Source: Selaginella moellendorffii
Taxonomy: Eukaryota; Plantae; Lycopodiophyta
DNA: 64,000 bases
NCBI RefSeq assembly: GCF_000143415.4
Contig: NW_003314336.1
Coordinates: 113,296-177,295, forward strand
Direction of reading: 5' to 3'
The translations under genes and the position numbers were made by a program. This document shows, piece by piece, positions 35,601 to 49,506 of the stretch. Every line of letters begins with the position of its first letter. Within the stretch, counting starts at the first letter, position 1. The notes beneath the pieces are model-generated. The model did not search any database. It was not told where the DNA came from and saw only the letters and a program-made list of their open reading frames with translations.

Positions 35601-36995
35601 TCATTTTGGGGGGAAAAAGACGTATGAGTTGATTAAGCGCAACTTTTATTGGAGGAATATGAAGGCTGATATCCTCAAGTATTGTAAATCATGCGAGCTT
35701 TGTCAGCGAGTTAAGGTGCCACAGGAGAAGCCGGGGGGACTTTTGCAACCTTTACCTATTCTCAGAGCCGTTGGTGTAGTATCTCTATGGACTTCATCAC
35801 TTGTTTGCCATGAGCACAAAGACACAAGGAGCAAGTATGGGTCATAGTGGATCAGTTGACGAAGTATGTGCGGTTGTTGGCTCTTCAGAAGACTGTCACT
35901 ACCTCAGACTTGGCTGCGGTTTACTTGGAGAAGGTTTTTCCTAATTTTGGTTCGCTAGAGGACATCATTAGTGATCAAGATTCAAAGTTCACCGGTGGAT
36001 TTTGAAAAAGCTTTGCAAAGGCTACACAAGTGACTTTGAAACTCTTAAGTGGAGATCATCCTCAGATGGATGGGCAAACCGAGCATGTGAATCAGGTGGT
36101 GGAGGATATTCTACGTTGTAGCATTGGTCAAAGGCAAGGACAATGGGATTTATATCTTCCGTTGGTGCAATTTGCTTACAACAATAACCAACATAGTGGA
36201 ACCAAGCTAAGTCCTTACTTTGCCATGTTTGGAAGGCATCCTTGAACAGCAATGGAGTTGGGATTGCATTTGAGTAAGGACATTCAAGATAAGTTTGATT
36301 CCGAGGTGACTGATCTGGCCACAAAACTTGATGAGATTCTGGTGGTGAATTTGCAAGCAGCTCAGGATAGAGCAGAGAAGTTTGCCAATAAGCATCGCCA
36401 ATTCCGGGAATATAAGGTGGGTGATCTCGTCTTTGTGCACGTGATCTTTTCATCAAGTGAGCGACAGAACACCTTGGTGCCTTTACGGACAGGGAAGAGT
36501 GATAAACTTTCCTATCGATATGCTGGTCCATATGAAGTGCTGGAGCGCATTGGTAAAGCATTTTATAGGGTGCAGCTGCCAGCTGGGGTGAAAATTCATC
36601 TGGTATTTTATGTCAGCTAGTTGAAAGGTGTACTATCTCGGAGTGACAGGCCCAATGCCTCCTTGATGTATATGGACCAGGAGCTTGAGCAGGGTTCCCC
36701 AGAAAGGGTGATCACCGGTACAACTCATCCTTGGGACAAGGACTTTGTTGAGGGGGAAGAATTGTTAGGTGGCAACTTTGACTACATGGTCAATGTTGGT
36801 TAAAGGGAGGCTCAAGGGTATATTAAGGCATGTTAGGGTAAGGGACTTAACCTACCCTAGGGCTCACAAAGGAGCGGCGGCACAATGGAGCTTTTAAGGT
36901 AGCTCGGGGGTGGTTGGGTGGTGAGGAACCTCAAAAGGTGGCATAGCATAGTCTAGGGCAACTAGATCTTTGTCTTTTTGCACCGGATCATAACA
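32613..36995 (+). mobile_element. Ty3/Gypsy retrotransposon body (gag-PR-RT-RH-INT, no clear chromodomain), PPT and 3' LTR 36763-36995
   Basis: LLDSGS, CIDYRALN, IDLRSGYHQ, FLDNILV, CELCQ, HPQMDGQTE, YAGPY. PPT GAGGGGGAAGAAT. Many stops. Confidence 0.93.
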
Positions 36996-38017
36996 GTGTT
37001 AAAGCCTCCAACTCCAAGTTAAACCACTTGCTGCCCTTGGGTTTGACAAATGTCCTCTTGATTTTTATCTCCGAGGCCTATAAGCCTGAGTCTGGGCCCT
37101 CCACCTTCTTGACACTGCCTCCAACAGCTACACCGACCTCTGCTTCAGCTATAATTTTGCCACGCTATATGGCCCTAGCTTACCAGCCTCTTACTGTTGT
37201 ACGATTGCTGGGCAACATGGAGAGTGATGGGGGTGCAAGTGCTGTGGGAAGCTTGCAATCAGAACCACTTTGAGGGAAAACAAGTGAGGATCTCAGCAAT
37301 CATTGCAGTGTGGTAGCGACTAACATTGGAGGTGATTTGTTTGCACTACTCCATTCAAGAGGGCACAGGAAAACCGGAGACCACGTGTAAAGCCTAAAGT
37401 GAGTAGGAGCATTGCCTCGTGTAGTAGAATCACCACAGATGGGCAGCCTTGGTAACTCACCCATCCTCCCAACCATGTACATAGCACTAACAGTTGTCAT
37501 GCACTCGCGTCTTTGTGGTAGAGACACCCATGAGACACTCCCATAAACACTTGATACTGAAGGGATGGAATAAAGATAAGTATAGCACTGAGATGGGTCT
37601 ATCCCACCTCAGCTGAAATGCAGCCTCCTACTTGTGAGGCAAGCCTTTGGCAAAATACGTCTGCTCAGTACGTTCAGGATCCTCCCAGGGCTCGGCTTGC
37701 ATTAGCTTGACCCCAGGCATATGATATCTTCCTGTATAGGGAGGATAGTCCGTCAAGCTCCTCGGACTGGCCACGTGTCACTTGGTGACACATGGATGCC
37801 CATGAGGTACTGCAACTTCCCCATGGTTCAGCTACTCCCCAGTGGTTGCCCACTTAGCCTTGCTTCATGTTGGGTCGGGTTGGTTGTTTCACAAACACTG
37901 GAAGAAGGATCTAGAAAATCACTAAAACTGGAAGGAATTTATTAATCAATATTTTTATGGTGGAATGACTCTCTCACCACAGAATCATTTGAATAGCACC
38001 ACTATATAGTGTTTGTT

Positions 38018-38894
38018 TCACTTAAACTTATATGGTTTGTGAACATAATGATAGAGTTCCCAGTGGTAGTCCTCAGACGCATCTGATTTTTTTGGCGGAA
38101 GGGCTGAAATTGGCCGGGCTGCTTCAATGGCAACAACGGGCATCTTGGGCGGCTCCGGCGGAGCAGTACAGGGCCTTGGAGGACTACGCACCAGGAATGG
38201 CTGAGGCTTAGCTGGTATATTCATCTGTTGCTCCTTCTGCCAGTTGATAACATTTAGATTTCTTGTGCCTGACATTTTGCTCTGGATCCTCAGCCTCCTC
38301 AATCCTGCTCTCCACCTGCGCATGAGGCGAATGAAAATTAAGATACCGTCGAGATGCTTTTCAAACTCGCACGTTGCCATTTCTTCCAAGTATTTGAGCT
38401 TTTGGCCTTCGTAACCATCATCATATTCCATGCTAATAAAGTTGTAAGGCGCCCCTCCCTTGTTCGGATGCTTTTCCTTGATCCTTAAAAAATAATCGCT
38501 CCTCAGCTTTGTCTCCCATTGCTTCTCTCTTTCCTCGTATACTTTTTCATCTCTGTACGCTTGATGAGCTCCACGAAAAACCCTTTGTTTCTGAAGGAAA
38601 ATTTCTGAAGGAAAATTTCCGAACCTTCCAATCCTTTATTACCTCTTGCTTCACTTTTCTCGCGTTATGTTCAGCTCGAAGCAATGAGTCAAAGTCTCTG
38701 TCCAACCTGCACTCATCCGGAGCATAATGAGTGCATTCTCGAGGCGGTTCCACAAGCTCCTTCGTTCTATACACGGTATGGCGCACAAATCCAAACGTTC
38801 TACTGGCCAGCCTCCGTTTCTCCAGAATGTCAAGGTCTTTTGCATTCATATGCTTGCCGCTGTCCGAAGTGACAATTGCAGCCATTTTCAACAA
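38018..38894 (-). CDS. Host gene of unknown function (intron-containing, possibly damaged)
   Basis: ORFs 38547-38894 and 38018-38431 plus the intervening frame (AHQAYRDEKVYEEREKQWE...PYNFISMEYDDG). A 57-nt GT-AG intron in the last ORF restores MAT|WRAGLRR. The junction near 38570-38625 lacks a clean acceptor. Confidence 0.45.
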
Positions 38895-39191
38895 AGCTTA
38901 TAAAGAAAAGACGCTTTTCCTCGCTTCCCGAAATTGAAGGAAGAGATAGCTGACGGAAACTTCCATATTGGACGGCGCGCCATGGATGAAACGGTTTTGC
39001 TGCCACGCAACCTAATCTCCAGATGATTTCCCTCGGCGCCTCCATATCAACAGCTTAAAACCATCTTACGGGTCAACCTTACCGTGGCTAGAAATCTCAA
39101 TCCAAAAAGTAGGACATTATTACAAGCTGCCACGTATTACATTTTTATTGGCTAGTCAGATAGGATTTCCTGGAGCTACCAAGGGTTTGCT

Positions 39192-41158
39192 ATGGGGCCC
39201 AGTGCTGCACTGATATTATTGGGATTTCTCACAGCGATCCAAGTCGCGATGTCAAGAATTGATGGATACAGTCTTAAGGACGCCCAGGCACTCGTTGCAT
39301 TTAGAGCCACAGTCTGGTATGATCCACTTAATATTTTCGCCAGCTGGCATGTCACCGGCGTAGTAGGCGAGCATGCCTGTAACTTCAAGGGCGTTGAATG
39401 CGATAGAAACCTCTACAGAATCAAGTACGTGGATATTTCGGGGTGCCAGCTGCGAGGAATTGTGCCTGCAGTTCTTGGCAACATAACACTCGCTTGGGGA
39501 TTCAACCTTAGTAACAATGAGTTTATGGGGCCTATTCCCAGAGGCTTTGGCAGAATGCCAAATCTCAAGTATCTTGATCTCAGCAACAACTTGCTTACTG
39601 GTAAAGAGCATTTGCAACACGCTGATCTAACGATTTCCTGGCAGGAGGCATGCCTCCCGATGTTGGTAGGCTGCGTTACGTAAGGTATTACAGCCTCGCA
39701 AATAACCTCCTCAGTGGCTCGCTCGGCTGGCTCAACATAACCTGGTTAAATCACCTCGACCTTTCGGGCAACAGTTTTAGGGGATCCATTCCGGTTACCT
39801 ACGGTGCGTTGCTGAACAACATTAGTTATTTAAACTTGGCAGAAAACAAGCTCGTCAGTCGGATACCCGAAAACATTGGATACTTACCAAACCTTCGCTG
39901 GCTCGACCTTTCAGACAATAAACTGACCGGCAACATTCCTTACTCCCTCACCATAGCAACACAAATCAAGAAGCTAAGGCTCATGAACAACTCACTTTCT
40001 GGTAAAGTCCCAGACACGCAAACCATGCGATTGTTTGCCATGACAGCGTTTTTCCCCGGGAATGATGGACTTTGTGGATCAGTACTGGGTAAAGAGTGTA
40101 GTCCTTCGGGCTTGTGGAAGAAAATTGTGATGGGTATCTTTCTTCCAGCTCTCATACTTTCGGTGCTTACAGGAATCTTGCACGTCGTGAAACCTCCGGA
40201 CGAGTATTCGCTGCGAACCATCAGGAGGATCACTGATAATTTCAACAACAACAAGATTCTCAGTGTGGGAGGCTTGTGGACAATTTACAAGGGAGTCTTT
40301 TTCAATGGTAAGACAGTGGCTGTTAAGAGGGTCCGTCCAGAGTATTATAACGGCGAGGGGAAACTTTTTGAAGAGGAACGCAAGTTCCTCAAGGCCATGA
40401 GTCATCCCAACGTTGTTAAGTACCTTGGAGCGTGCTCTACCCCGAAGCTCAAGGTTTTGGTATACGAGCATATGTCCAATGGAAGCTTGGAGATGCACCT
40501 ACACAAGGAAAGAGCAGGCATTTCCAGCTTGTCATGGAGTTCGAGAATGGATATTGCTGCTGGAGTAGCTCAGGGATTAGCGTACTTGCATGGGGAGTGG
40601 AAAGAACCTCAAATGCATTGCGATCTCAATGGCAGCAGTGTTTTGCTCGATGACAAGTTCAACGCACGCATTGCTGATATCCGCTCAAAGAACGCCAGCA
40701 AACATTTCACTAGCCTAGAGACCAACATTGGAAGGTCAACCGGATATCATCCTCCGGGTGAAAAATGTGATTTCTTTTTTATGACTTGTTTCTCACTTAT
40801 AATTTTGGCCTTGCATTTCAAGGGTGGAGCAGAGTATTCGATAACAAATGAGCCTACCCCGGAAGGCGAAGTTTTCAGCTTTGGAACTTTGCTTATGGAG
40901 CTCTTGACAGGAACAGAAGCGGCTGGTCCAGTGAAAAATGGTGTGAAAGGAGGGCTTCAAGGAATCATGGACAGAGCATTTCCCGATAATATCCAGTCTG
41001 TGCTCGACCCAGCTATACTAAATGGCGCGTCCCATGATCAAATTGTCCTGTGTACTAAAATTGCATTAGATTGCACAAGGACAAATCCCCAAGAACGACC
41101 CAAGATGGAGCATATTCTTGGCATGTTTGAGCGAGCATATTCTACCGGCCCAGCGTAA
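39192..41158 (+). CDS. LRR receptor-like kinase (short ectodomain; probable pseudokinase)
   Basis: Signal peptide, LRRNT (SW...CNFKGVEC), plant LRRs (LDLSNNLLTG, LDLSDNKLTGNIP), GNDGLCG cap, TM helix, kinase VAVK. Introns 39601-39644 and 40758-40832 (restores GYHPPEY). Confidence 0.93.
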
Positions 41159-43484
41159 GCTTTTCTTTTTAGTTTTTCCGCTCTTATAGTTATTCGTAGT
41201 ACAGGCCTATGCAATCTACGGCTTCATCGCTGCTCACATCCACTGAGACATCGAGGCTGCTTGGATGGCCAACTGTTTGGAGCAGCCTCACAAAAAATTT
41301 GCTTGGAATCAAGCCTATTTTGCCTTCGCTCAACCAGGTACGGATACCTTGAAATCCATGCAATGAAAAGCTACCTTGTAAAGTTGCTCATTTCAGCAAG
41401 ACTGAGAAGATTTCTGCTTTCTGATGCTTTATCCTTTTATCTTTTCGCTAGATAGACTGTGAAAGAAAGGCTAGTCATGATTAGGAGCAATTTAAAGTAG
41501 AAGATAGCAAACTTAAGGTGGCACCTAAACTCTAGACAGTGCCTCAAGCGAGATCACACCAAGGCTATAGCTGCCTATATTTTAACCTCTTCCGTTTTAG
41601 AAAATGTTATTTGTGGCTTGTGGCAAGAGGTTGTTATAGCTGTCTATGGTACCCTTAGCCTGCTCAAAAACCCTCAAGCGCTGATGCCAAATGCATAATG
41701 GCTTAGTGTGATGCTCCACGCAAAAACTAAGAGTTGGAGTCCAAAACTGTCATGAATCAATGAGACATATCTGATGATGCTCAATTCTGGGTTGTCATGA
41801 AAGAAACGCCTCTGGAAGCGAGTAAATGCCACTCCAACCAAATCGATCTTATACCGAGCATCCACTGCCAGTGCCTCGTTTTTGTTTGGCTCAACCAGGG
41901 TGCCCATTGCAGTCTTTACATCCTTCTTGCTCACCTCCTTCCTGAGTCGTGAAATGTTCGAGTTGATGTTTTCATGCGGGTTATATCTTCTAAGAGAGCA
42001 GTGGTGTCGAGAGCAGCTCCAGTGAGGGCCAAGGATTGTGGGGCTGCAACAAGCAAGGGAAGGAGGCTGTGGTGACTATGGCAGTGACTAGAGGTGTATG
42101 CAGATTTTTCCTGTATATGAGTGTCTTAGGAGCTTTTTTTGTGGCAGATAGATGGAGAGGATATTGGGCAAGAAGGACATCTGAATATTGGGTTGGAAGT
42201 TGGAGGAAGTTGGTGCTTGTATTTTATTCCAGGGTTTTGGTTCCACAACAAAATTTTGAAATGTTACAAGATGTGTTCTGATTTTACACCGGATTTTAAC
42301 GGCATACAGGCTGATATGAACAATACCTGATGGGAGCACTGGGCGTTCATGGCACAACACGGCACAACACATGTTAACTTTTATGTCTTTCTTTAGGTAT
42401 GACATGCAGCACATTGAAAGATTGTGAAAGGAGTCTATGAAAAAGTGATGTGGTTCTACTTCTGTTCTACAACAGTCCATGGAGAAAGGGAATATTTCAA
42501 CCCAAGAAACAGGATTCATATTCATTACTTGCATGCAGTACTCATTCACAAATTGCAGCACTGAACTTTCCAATGGGTGGATTGCCGGAACCTCCACAAA
42601 ACATGTTTCTGCAACCATGGGCCAGGCTTTCTGTCCAGTTACCAACCTGAAAATTCATTTAGACCAGCCGAACAAACACCACCTTTAATTCCACCTCCAA
42701 GAATGCAATATTACCCTTTCGATCTACAGGATCATTTGTCCCTTGGCAACATAAAATCTATCCTCCGGGATCTCAAAAGAGTTAGAGACAAGGCTTTCTA
42801 CCTGAATTCAGATGCAAGAACACCTTTGGAGCAGCGGTATGAGATGCATCTCAACCTCGTGCTACATAGTAGATGCCCAGAAACAGCCTGTGGCAGCACA
42901 TGTGCTCAGCATCCTCCATCGCGATGATGTTGAGCAAGAGCCAGGTGCTCAGCTCTTGTATGCCTTGTAATTCCCATGAAAAACATAGCACAATCCTAGA
43001 AAAAAAAAAGAAGAAACACATAAACCATGTAATATAGCACAATCAACCAGTAAAAGGAACATTTGTAACCCCTAATACTCTAAACAGATAACTATACCAG
43101 TAGAGGGATGTGGATTCAACTTACATCTCAGACTACTTCCTTCTTAGCAGTGGCATCTTGCCAATACATCCTTGTCTCTTGAGGCATGGCAGATTGATTG
43201 GGATTGGAGCTGACAATTGCATGATCTTGATGGCCTCTCCAAGAGTTATCCTAGGCACTAAAAAATCTCTAGCACTACTGCATAACTCTTCAGCATTCTT
43301 GTGTTGGCCCAAAAGGCCATAGCTAGTTGTGGCTAAGAGTGGTGATAGTCCTTCTTTTGCCGCACCTCCATTTGCACCTGGGTGGATAAACCAGCCATCA
43401 AGTTCTCAGCTACCGTCTGTGGCTCTTACTAGGTGTTGGAGTTTGTGCTATGTTCATGGCTAGCTAGGAGTCACCTTCTTTCCA

Positions 43485-43797
43485 AGGTTCCTCACCACCC
43501 AACCACCCCCAGGCTACCTCAAAAGCTCCACTGTGCTGTCACTAGGGTAGGTTAAGTCCTTTACCCTAACATGCCTTAATATACTCTTGAGCCTCCCTTT
43601 GACCGATGTTGACCACGTGGTCAAAACTGGTGCCTAACAATTCTCCCCCCCCAACAAAGTCCTTATCCCAAGGACGAATTGTACCAATAATCACCCTTTC
43701 TGGGGAACCCTGCTCAAGCTCCTGGTCCATCTTCCATAGCCATATACATCAAGGAGGCATTGGGCCCATCACTCCGAGATAGTACACCTTTCAACTG
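43485..43797 (-). mobile_element. Fragment (integrase end, PPT, partial 3' LTR) of the 233-bp-LTR Gypsy family
   Basis: Reverse complement of about 36618-36930. Confidence 0.88.
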
Positions 43798-43799
43798 GT

Positions 43800-46700
43800 G
43801 TACTATCTTTAATAAAGTTTACTAAAGTTTACTAAAGAATAATAGAATTTCTATTATGTATCTCGTTTTGCATTTAAAAATATACATAAGTAAATTTATC
43901 CAGATTTCTATTACATTTATATTAAACCTCATAAACTGGCAATAGAGAATAGTTCTAGACATATTGAGAAATTATAAATTGACCAAACCTAAGAAATGTA
44001 GAATAGTTACTTGCAACATATAAAGATAATGTAATTTTTCTATAAAATTTTTAATTATGCAATACTCTAAAAGCAATATTCAAACTATAGTTATATGGTG
44101 AGTGAGAACCACCAAATTCTTTATACATTTTATATACATGAAAGAAAAACTATCCCTTATTTGCTATTACTTGTGCCAAAAGTTTTGTTTTATTTGGGTA
44201 TGTATAAAGGATCTAAAAAGCTGCTGGTGCTTCTTTTTTACTTTTTTGCTAGTGTATTGACAGGCTTTTATTTTTATATAATAGATAAATAATCTTAAAG
44301 GCTAATTGTGCCAATGTAGAAATAATACTGTGCCATGACAAATCATGGAAGATGAGGAAAGATAAAGTAAAATATCAAAGCTCTAGTTTACCATCCACCT
44401 GGAGATATAAAAAAATTTAATATTAATACTATTATGTATTTCAAAAGAGTAGGAACATCTTTATATTTGATTTCTTGCTTCAAATACACAATCCATTATC
44501 TGGTTCTGAACTAATAACCTTCTACAAGCCTAATATGAAATTCTTATATTTTAATATTCAAATTCACTACTTGAGCTCTGCATTATTATTAAACTCACTA
44601 AGTAAGTTTATACAAATTGCTACCATATTTATATTAAAAATCATGGAAATAGAGAATGGTTCTTGGTATCTAATAAGTATAAACTATCTCATATACATAC
44701 AAATATGAAATCCATTTCATAGTAATATCTCAAAACATATCTACCTCTTATATATTTTCTATTGATCTTCTTGCTCATAATATTATTTAATTTTTCAGCA
44801 TCTTTACATAGTTTTAATCTTTAGTTAAAATACTGACAAATATTTTATATAAATATTTTGTTATTTCTCTAGATTTTCTCTGCAATTGTATTATGTCAAT
44901 CCCTGAGAGTTGTTACCTAAGCATGACTAAAATATCCAGTTTTTTCATAAGGCTAAATTAAGTTTAAATGACATACAGAAGTTAATTGTTTCAAAATAGA
45001 GCACAATTATGTGTTATATTTGCAAGATCCTCTGGAAAAGATAGAGTATAATTTTTTTAAAAAAATATAAAATATTAATACACCTCAAAAACCTTTCCAA
45101 CCAGAATATGCTTTAGTATTAGATCATTATTACATTTTTTATATAGTACATTATTGAATTTTTTATAGAAATTAATCATTATATAATGAAACATGAAGTT
45201 ATTTTATTTTATATTTACATTGTTGTATCAAAAATATAATTTGTGAATAAAATGTTATTAGTGCATTTTATCCTCTGTACTTCGTCATTATCCTATTTTA
45301 AAAATTAGAACGCTGAAACCGAAATTTTAAAGAATAGAAAATAAACATAAATTTAGGTCTAATATATTATAATAGACATCAATAATATAGTTCCATAAAA
45401 ATAATATACCATTATATACATATAATGTAAATTAAAAAAATTTAAAAAATAAAAATAAATACAAATAAAAACAAATAAAAACTTTAAAAAGAACATATAG
45501 ATAAAAAATTTATATATAACTAAATATTTGTTTAAATAGTAAAAAATAATAATTTATAATATTTGTACTAATATATTTTAAATTTTCTTCCATGTTCTCA
45601 AAAGAAAATCCTATATCTGATGTTGAAGTAAAAAACTTTTACTAGATAAATTTTAAATTATTAATTATGAATATAAAAATTTGTTTTTTAGTACTTGCTT
45701 ACAATATTTCTACATTTTGTCATGTTGTAAACCCCATTTTTATTACCTCTATTCCATGTCCACTACCTAGATACCTTAAAAAAACAAATGCTAATGTGTA
45801 GCAATTTCTAATCAACACGCTATGTCTAAAACTTATGAACCACCATCACTAGAAGTATTATATTTGTAAATTTTATTTCTTTTTGGAAATAATATTTTAT
45901 GTAAAATTTTTATGATGGTATAAATATATTTATATTATAACTAGACTTAATATATATAATCAAAGTAGAAATATTATTTATAGAACTTCACACAAATTAT
46001 AAGATAATATAAAAGTATTATAATATTATAGAATTAAATATACACAGTATGATGTTATTAACTTTTGAGGGACTTCTTTGATAGTGGATTTAATTTTAAC
46101 TCGATTTTAAATTTTAAATATTTAGAGTTTACTCCACATTAATATTTATTAACTATTTATATTTAATAATAATTATATGGAGAACATAGATTTACTCATA
46201 ACTTTTCTCCATATAACTATTTTTAATGATGGACAACTTCAAGAAATGAATTTAAATATTTGGAAAACTGGATATATGAGAGACATTAAAATAAAAAACT
46301 ATAAAAGATAAATTAATTGAAAGTATATACTCTATAAAAGTTTAGATATTTATGAAAGTCAGTTTCATCAAGATGAGCTAATGTTTCAGCTAATTTATGT
46401 ATTACTTATCATTTTTTTGTCTAAGTTTTATATTTTTGAATATAGAGATAGTTTAAGTAGGTAAACATTTTAGCATATTCAGAAAGACCACTCAAAAGTT
46501 CTTTCTTGTTGTTATAAAGTTAATTATATATGTTGACATGATAAGTGAATGATTTTTAGTTTCTTTACTAAAAGAGTAATATACATGGCATGATTTATTT
46601 TATCATTCATCTTGAAGTTAAAATATCAATAGATTAATAAATATTTGTACATATAGATGTAATTATGAAAAATTGAAGCTCATCTAAAGGTATTTTTCAA

Positions 46701-47440
46701 CATAATAAGAATTTATATCAATCTACTTTAAAACATTTACAGTTTATTTATTAAAATTATTATTTTTAATCGTTAATTCAGATACTATTCATCAGATTAT
46801 ATGAAATCTTCATACCATTACTGCACTTTTCTCAAACACTTTTTCCACTCTCTACAGAAATATAAAATATTAAAACTATTTTCAAAAACATTATATAAAA
46901 GCAATATATTTTAGCTGGGATTGATATTAGTTTTAAGATGAATGTTGTAGAAAATGCTAATCTGAAAATACACTTTGAACTCATAGCAATATTTTTATTT
47001 AATTTAGAGTTATCTTTAATATTTATGTTTATTAGTAAATTCCTTAGCATTTTTTAATGTAATTTTATATAACTATTTCATTTTAGTATTATATATTATA
47101 TTTTAGTTTATCCTATAATGCTAAAATTCTGCTATATTGCTACAATAATATTATAATTTATAATTTATATGAATATATTTGTATTCTCATGTTTTTATGA
47201 AATCTTCGTTTTCTCTAGATTAAAATTTTATGTTTTTTTATCATATCTTTTAAATTTTATTAAACTTCGATTTTAATTATGAACTATAAGTGCTATAAAT
47301 TGGCTATAAACTAATGTTGCACCAACTTTTCATATATTTTTATTATTGTGAATATTCAAGTGAAATGACTATAAAATGATGATTAACATACATTACTCCC
47401 TCTTTCTATTTTATTCTAAAACCTTAACATGATTAATGGA
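43800..47440. other. Very AT-rich island of unknown origin
   Basis: Sharp compositional shift (roughly 75-80% AT by eye), no long ORF, no simple tandem period. Confidence 0.8.
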
Positions 47441-47499
47441 ATCACAAGTCCTCAATCATCAACCATTTTGGAGGTTCTGGTACCATCTAGGCTTTTCAG

Positions 47500-48960
47500 A
47501 GTATTTACTTAATAAATATTCAGTTTTAAATGGTGATTATTCAGACAACAGTCATGCCCTGGCATGGAATTGAAGAGAACTTGACATTCTTCCAAGTGAT
47601 CTAGCTTCTGGGCCTCAACAACAATTGGTTATGCTGATGCATGCTTCTAAAAAGCCTCCATACAGACCCATTACCAAACACATAGATTTTCCTGCTCATT
47701 GCTTAGGATCCTGCTGCTTCTCTTTGCTCTTGTTAGCTGTAAAAGCCTGAATTCAAATACTTTATGATTTGAAAAGTACACACAAAGTGGGAACGCTGGG
47801 TTGTATTCCACCACCTGTATATTTTCGTAAAGAAATATCCCTGTCTGGCCATGAAATATTTCATCAAGTTCAAAGCAGTAACATTGTAGTGACTCACCTG
47901 CTAGATACTCCTGTTAGGGAGCTGAATATCACATCACCAAGAATAAGAGAGTACTTTTCAACTTCTTGTAATACAAAAGTGCAGTCGAATTTACCACCAT
48001 GGCCAGCAACATCAATCAAAACACTAAAGAAAATCTGCACAATGAAAATCAAGTAAACACACAAAATGAAATTAGATTGCAAATCATTACCTCATCTGGT
48101 TTCACATGTTCTTCCTTCATGTCATTGTAGATGGAAAATGACTGCTGCATGCATGAACAGCTGCTGTATAAGGCTCCAGGGATCCTCAGATTCCACGCTT
48201 GTGCATCATGGTGTTAACTACGGAGTTTCCCTGAAAAATTTAGCTGTCACAACAAAGCCACAGAAATCATAAAAACCACTTACATCTCCTGCTTTTGAGC
48301 ATGCATCCATGAGCAAACACATTATGGCATGATTTGGATCTATAGGACTTTCAGACTTCAACTCTGTGAAGACCTCGAATGCTCTTTCACTGCTCCTGAC
48401 CGAAGCTTTGATTAGCTACTTGAAAATGACTCAATCGGATTTTATTTTCTGTCTGACAATGGATTACATAAAGTTGCTGCTAATTGTTGAATCAAATGAC
48501 GTAAACCTTTGAGAGCATGATCCTGTAAATTCCAAAGCATTAGCGAGCTTGCCAGTTCGGGTGCAGCCATCGATGATTGCTCCATATGTAAGAAAGCTGG
48601 CTTTAACACCAACACTTTCCATTTCACGGTAAACCTGCGCTATAACCGAGTTACTCAATGAAGGACAGGACCAAAATTTCTTGCTTGAAAGATAAGATCC
48701 ATCTTAAGAGCTGTTGAACAAAGTTGAGATTAGTGTAGAATCATGCAGTCTGGCTTACAACCAGCTTGTTTCAGCGCCTAAAAAGCTCCAAAACCCCTAC
48801 ACCTGGCATCCCATGTCATGTCAAAACAAGTACTTCAAAACCATAAAAAAATGCTTAATACCATTCACGTTGCAGCAGACTGAAAGAAGCATATTATATC
48901 AACAGTCCCTTTGCATAATCAAGCTATGTACTCGACATAAACCATGGAGCCTATAGGTGG
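47500..48960 (-). pseudogene. MRL1: MRL1-like PPR protein gene remnant
   Basis: TYGAIIDGCTRTGKL, ERAFEVFTELKSESPIDPNH, YTAAVHACS, IYNDMKEEHVKPDE|IFFSVLIDVAGH occur in the order known for MRL1. Stops and frameshifts present; introns retained. Confidence 0.7.
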
Positions 48961-49506
48961 CCTGTTGCAAGTCATCTCTTCTCCTCCAGTAATCCTGCTA
49001 AGCAATAAGCAACAAGTAAGCAATGCAAAGCTTACACCATATCATTCACTGTTAACTTTCACAAAGGCTGGCTTAAATTCCATGCTTGGCAGACTCTGAA
49101 TCATGTAAATATGTGGTAGTTATTCCCTCTGTCCCAGTAGAGAATTTTCCTCCTCTTTAGTGCTACTAATATCAGATATAAAATCAGGTGTGTGTGAGAG
49201 AGAGAGAGAATTTACAATGGATCGCCACTTCACTCTTTTGTTTTTTTTTTTTTTCTCATTTAGAACATTTTACTCTTCCCTCACTGCACCAAAAAGGCTT
49301 GCAATTTTCAAAAGCAGCGTGTGAAGGTACAGTTGAATACCCATTCTTTGTGTGGGTGGCAGCAGTGTGATAATGTCTAGGGAGACAAGATCTTTGTCTT
49401 TTTTGTGCCAGATTATAACAGCTTAGGGTTTGCTTCTTATTTTTTTCATTGGTATCAAAGTACCATATTTTGTTAGGAAGGGTGGAGGAATTAGATATAC
49501 ATTTTG

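Noticed and set aside
41674-43322. Several 60-185 aa ORFs
   Set aside because: No recognisable motifs and overlapping on both strands; a call cannot be supported.
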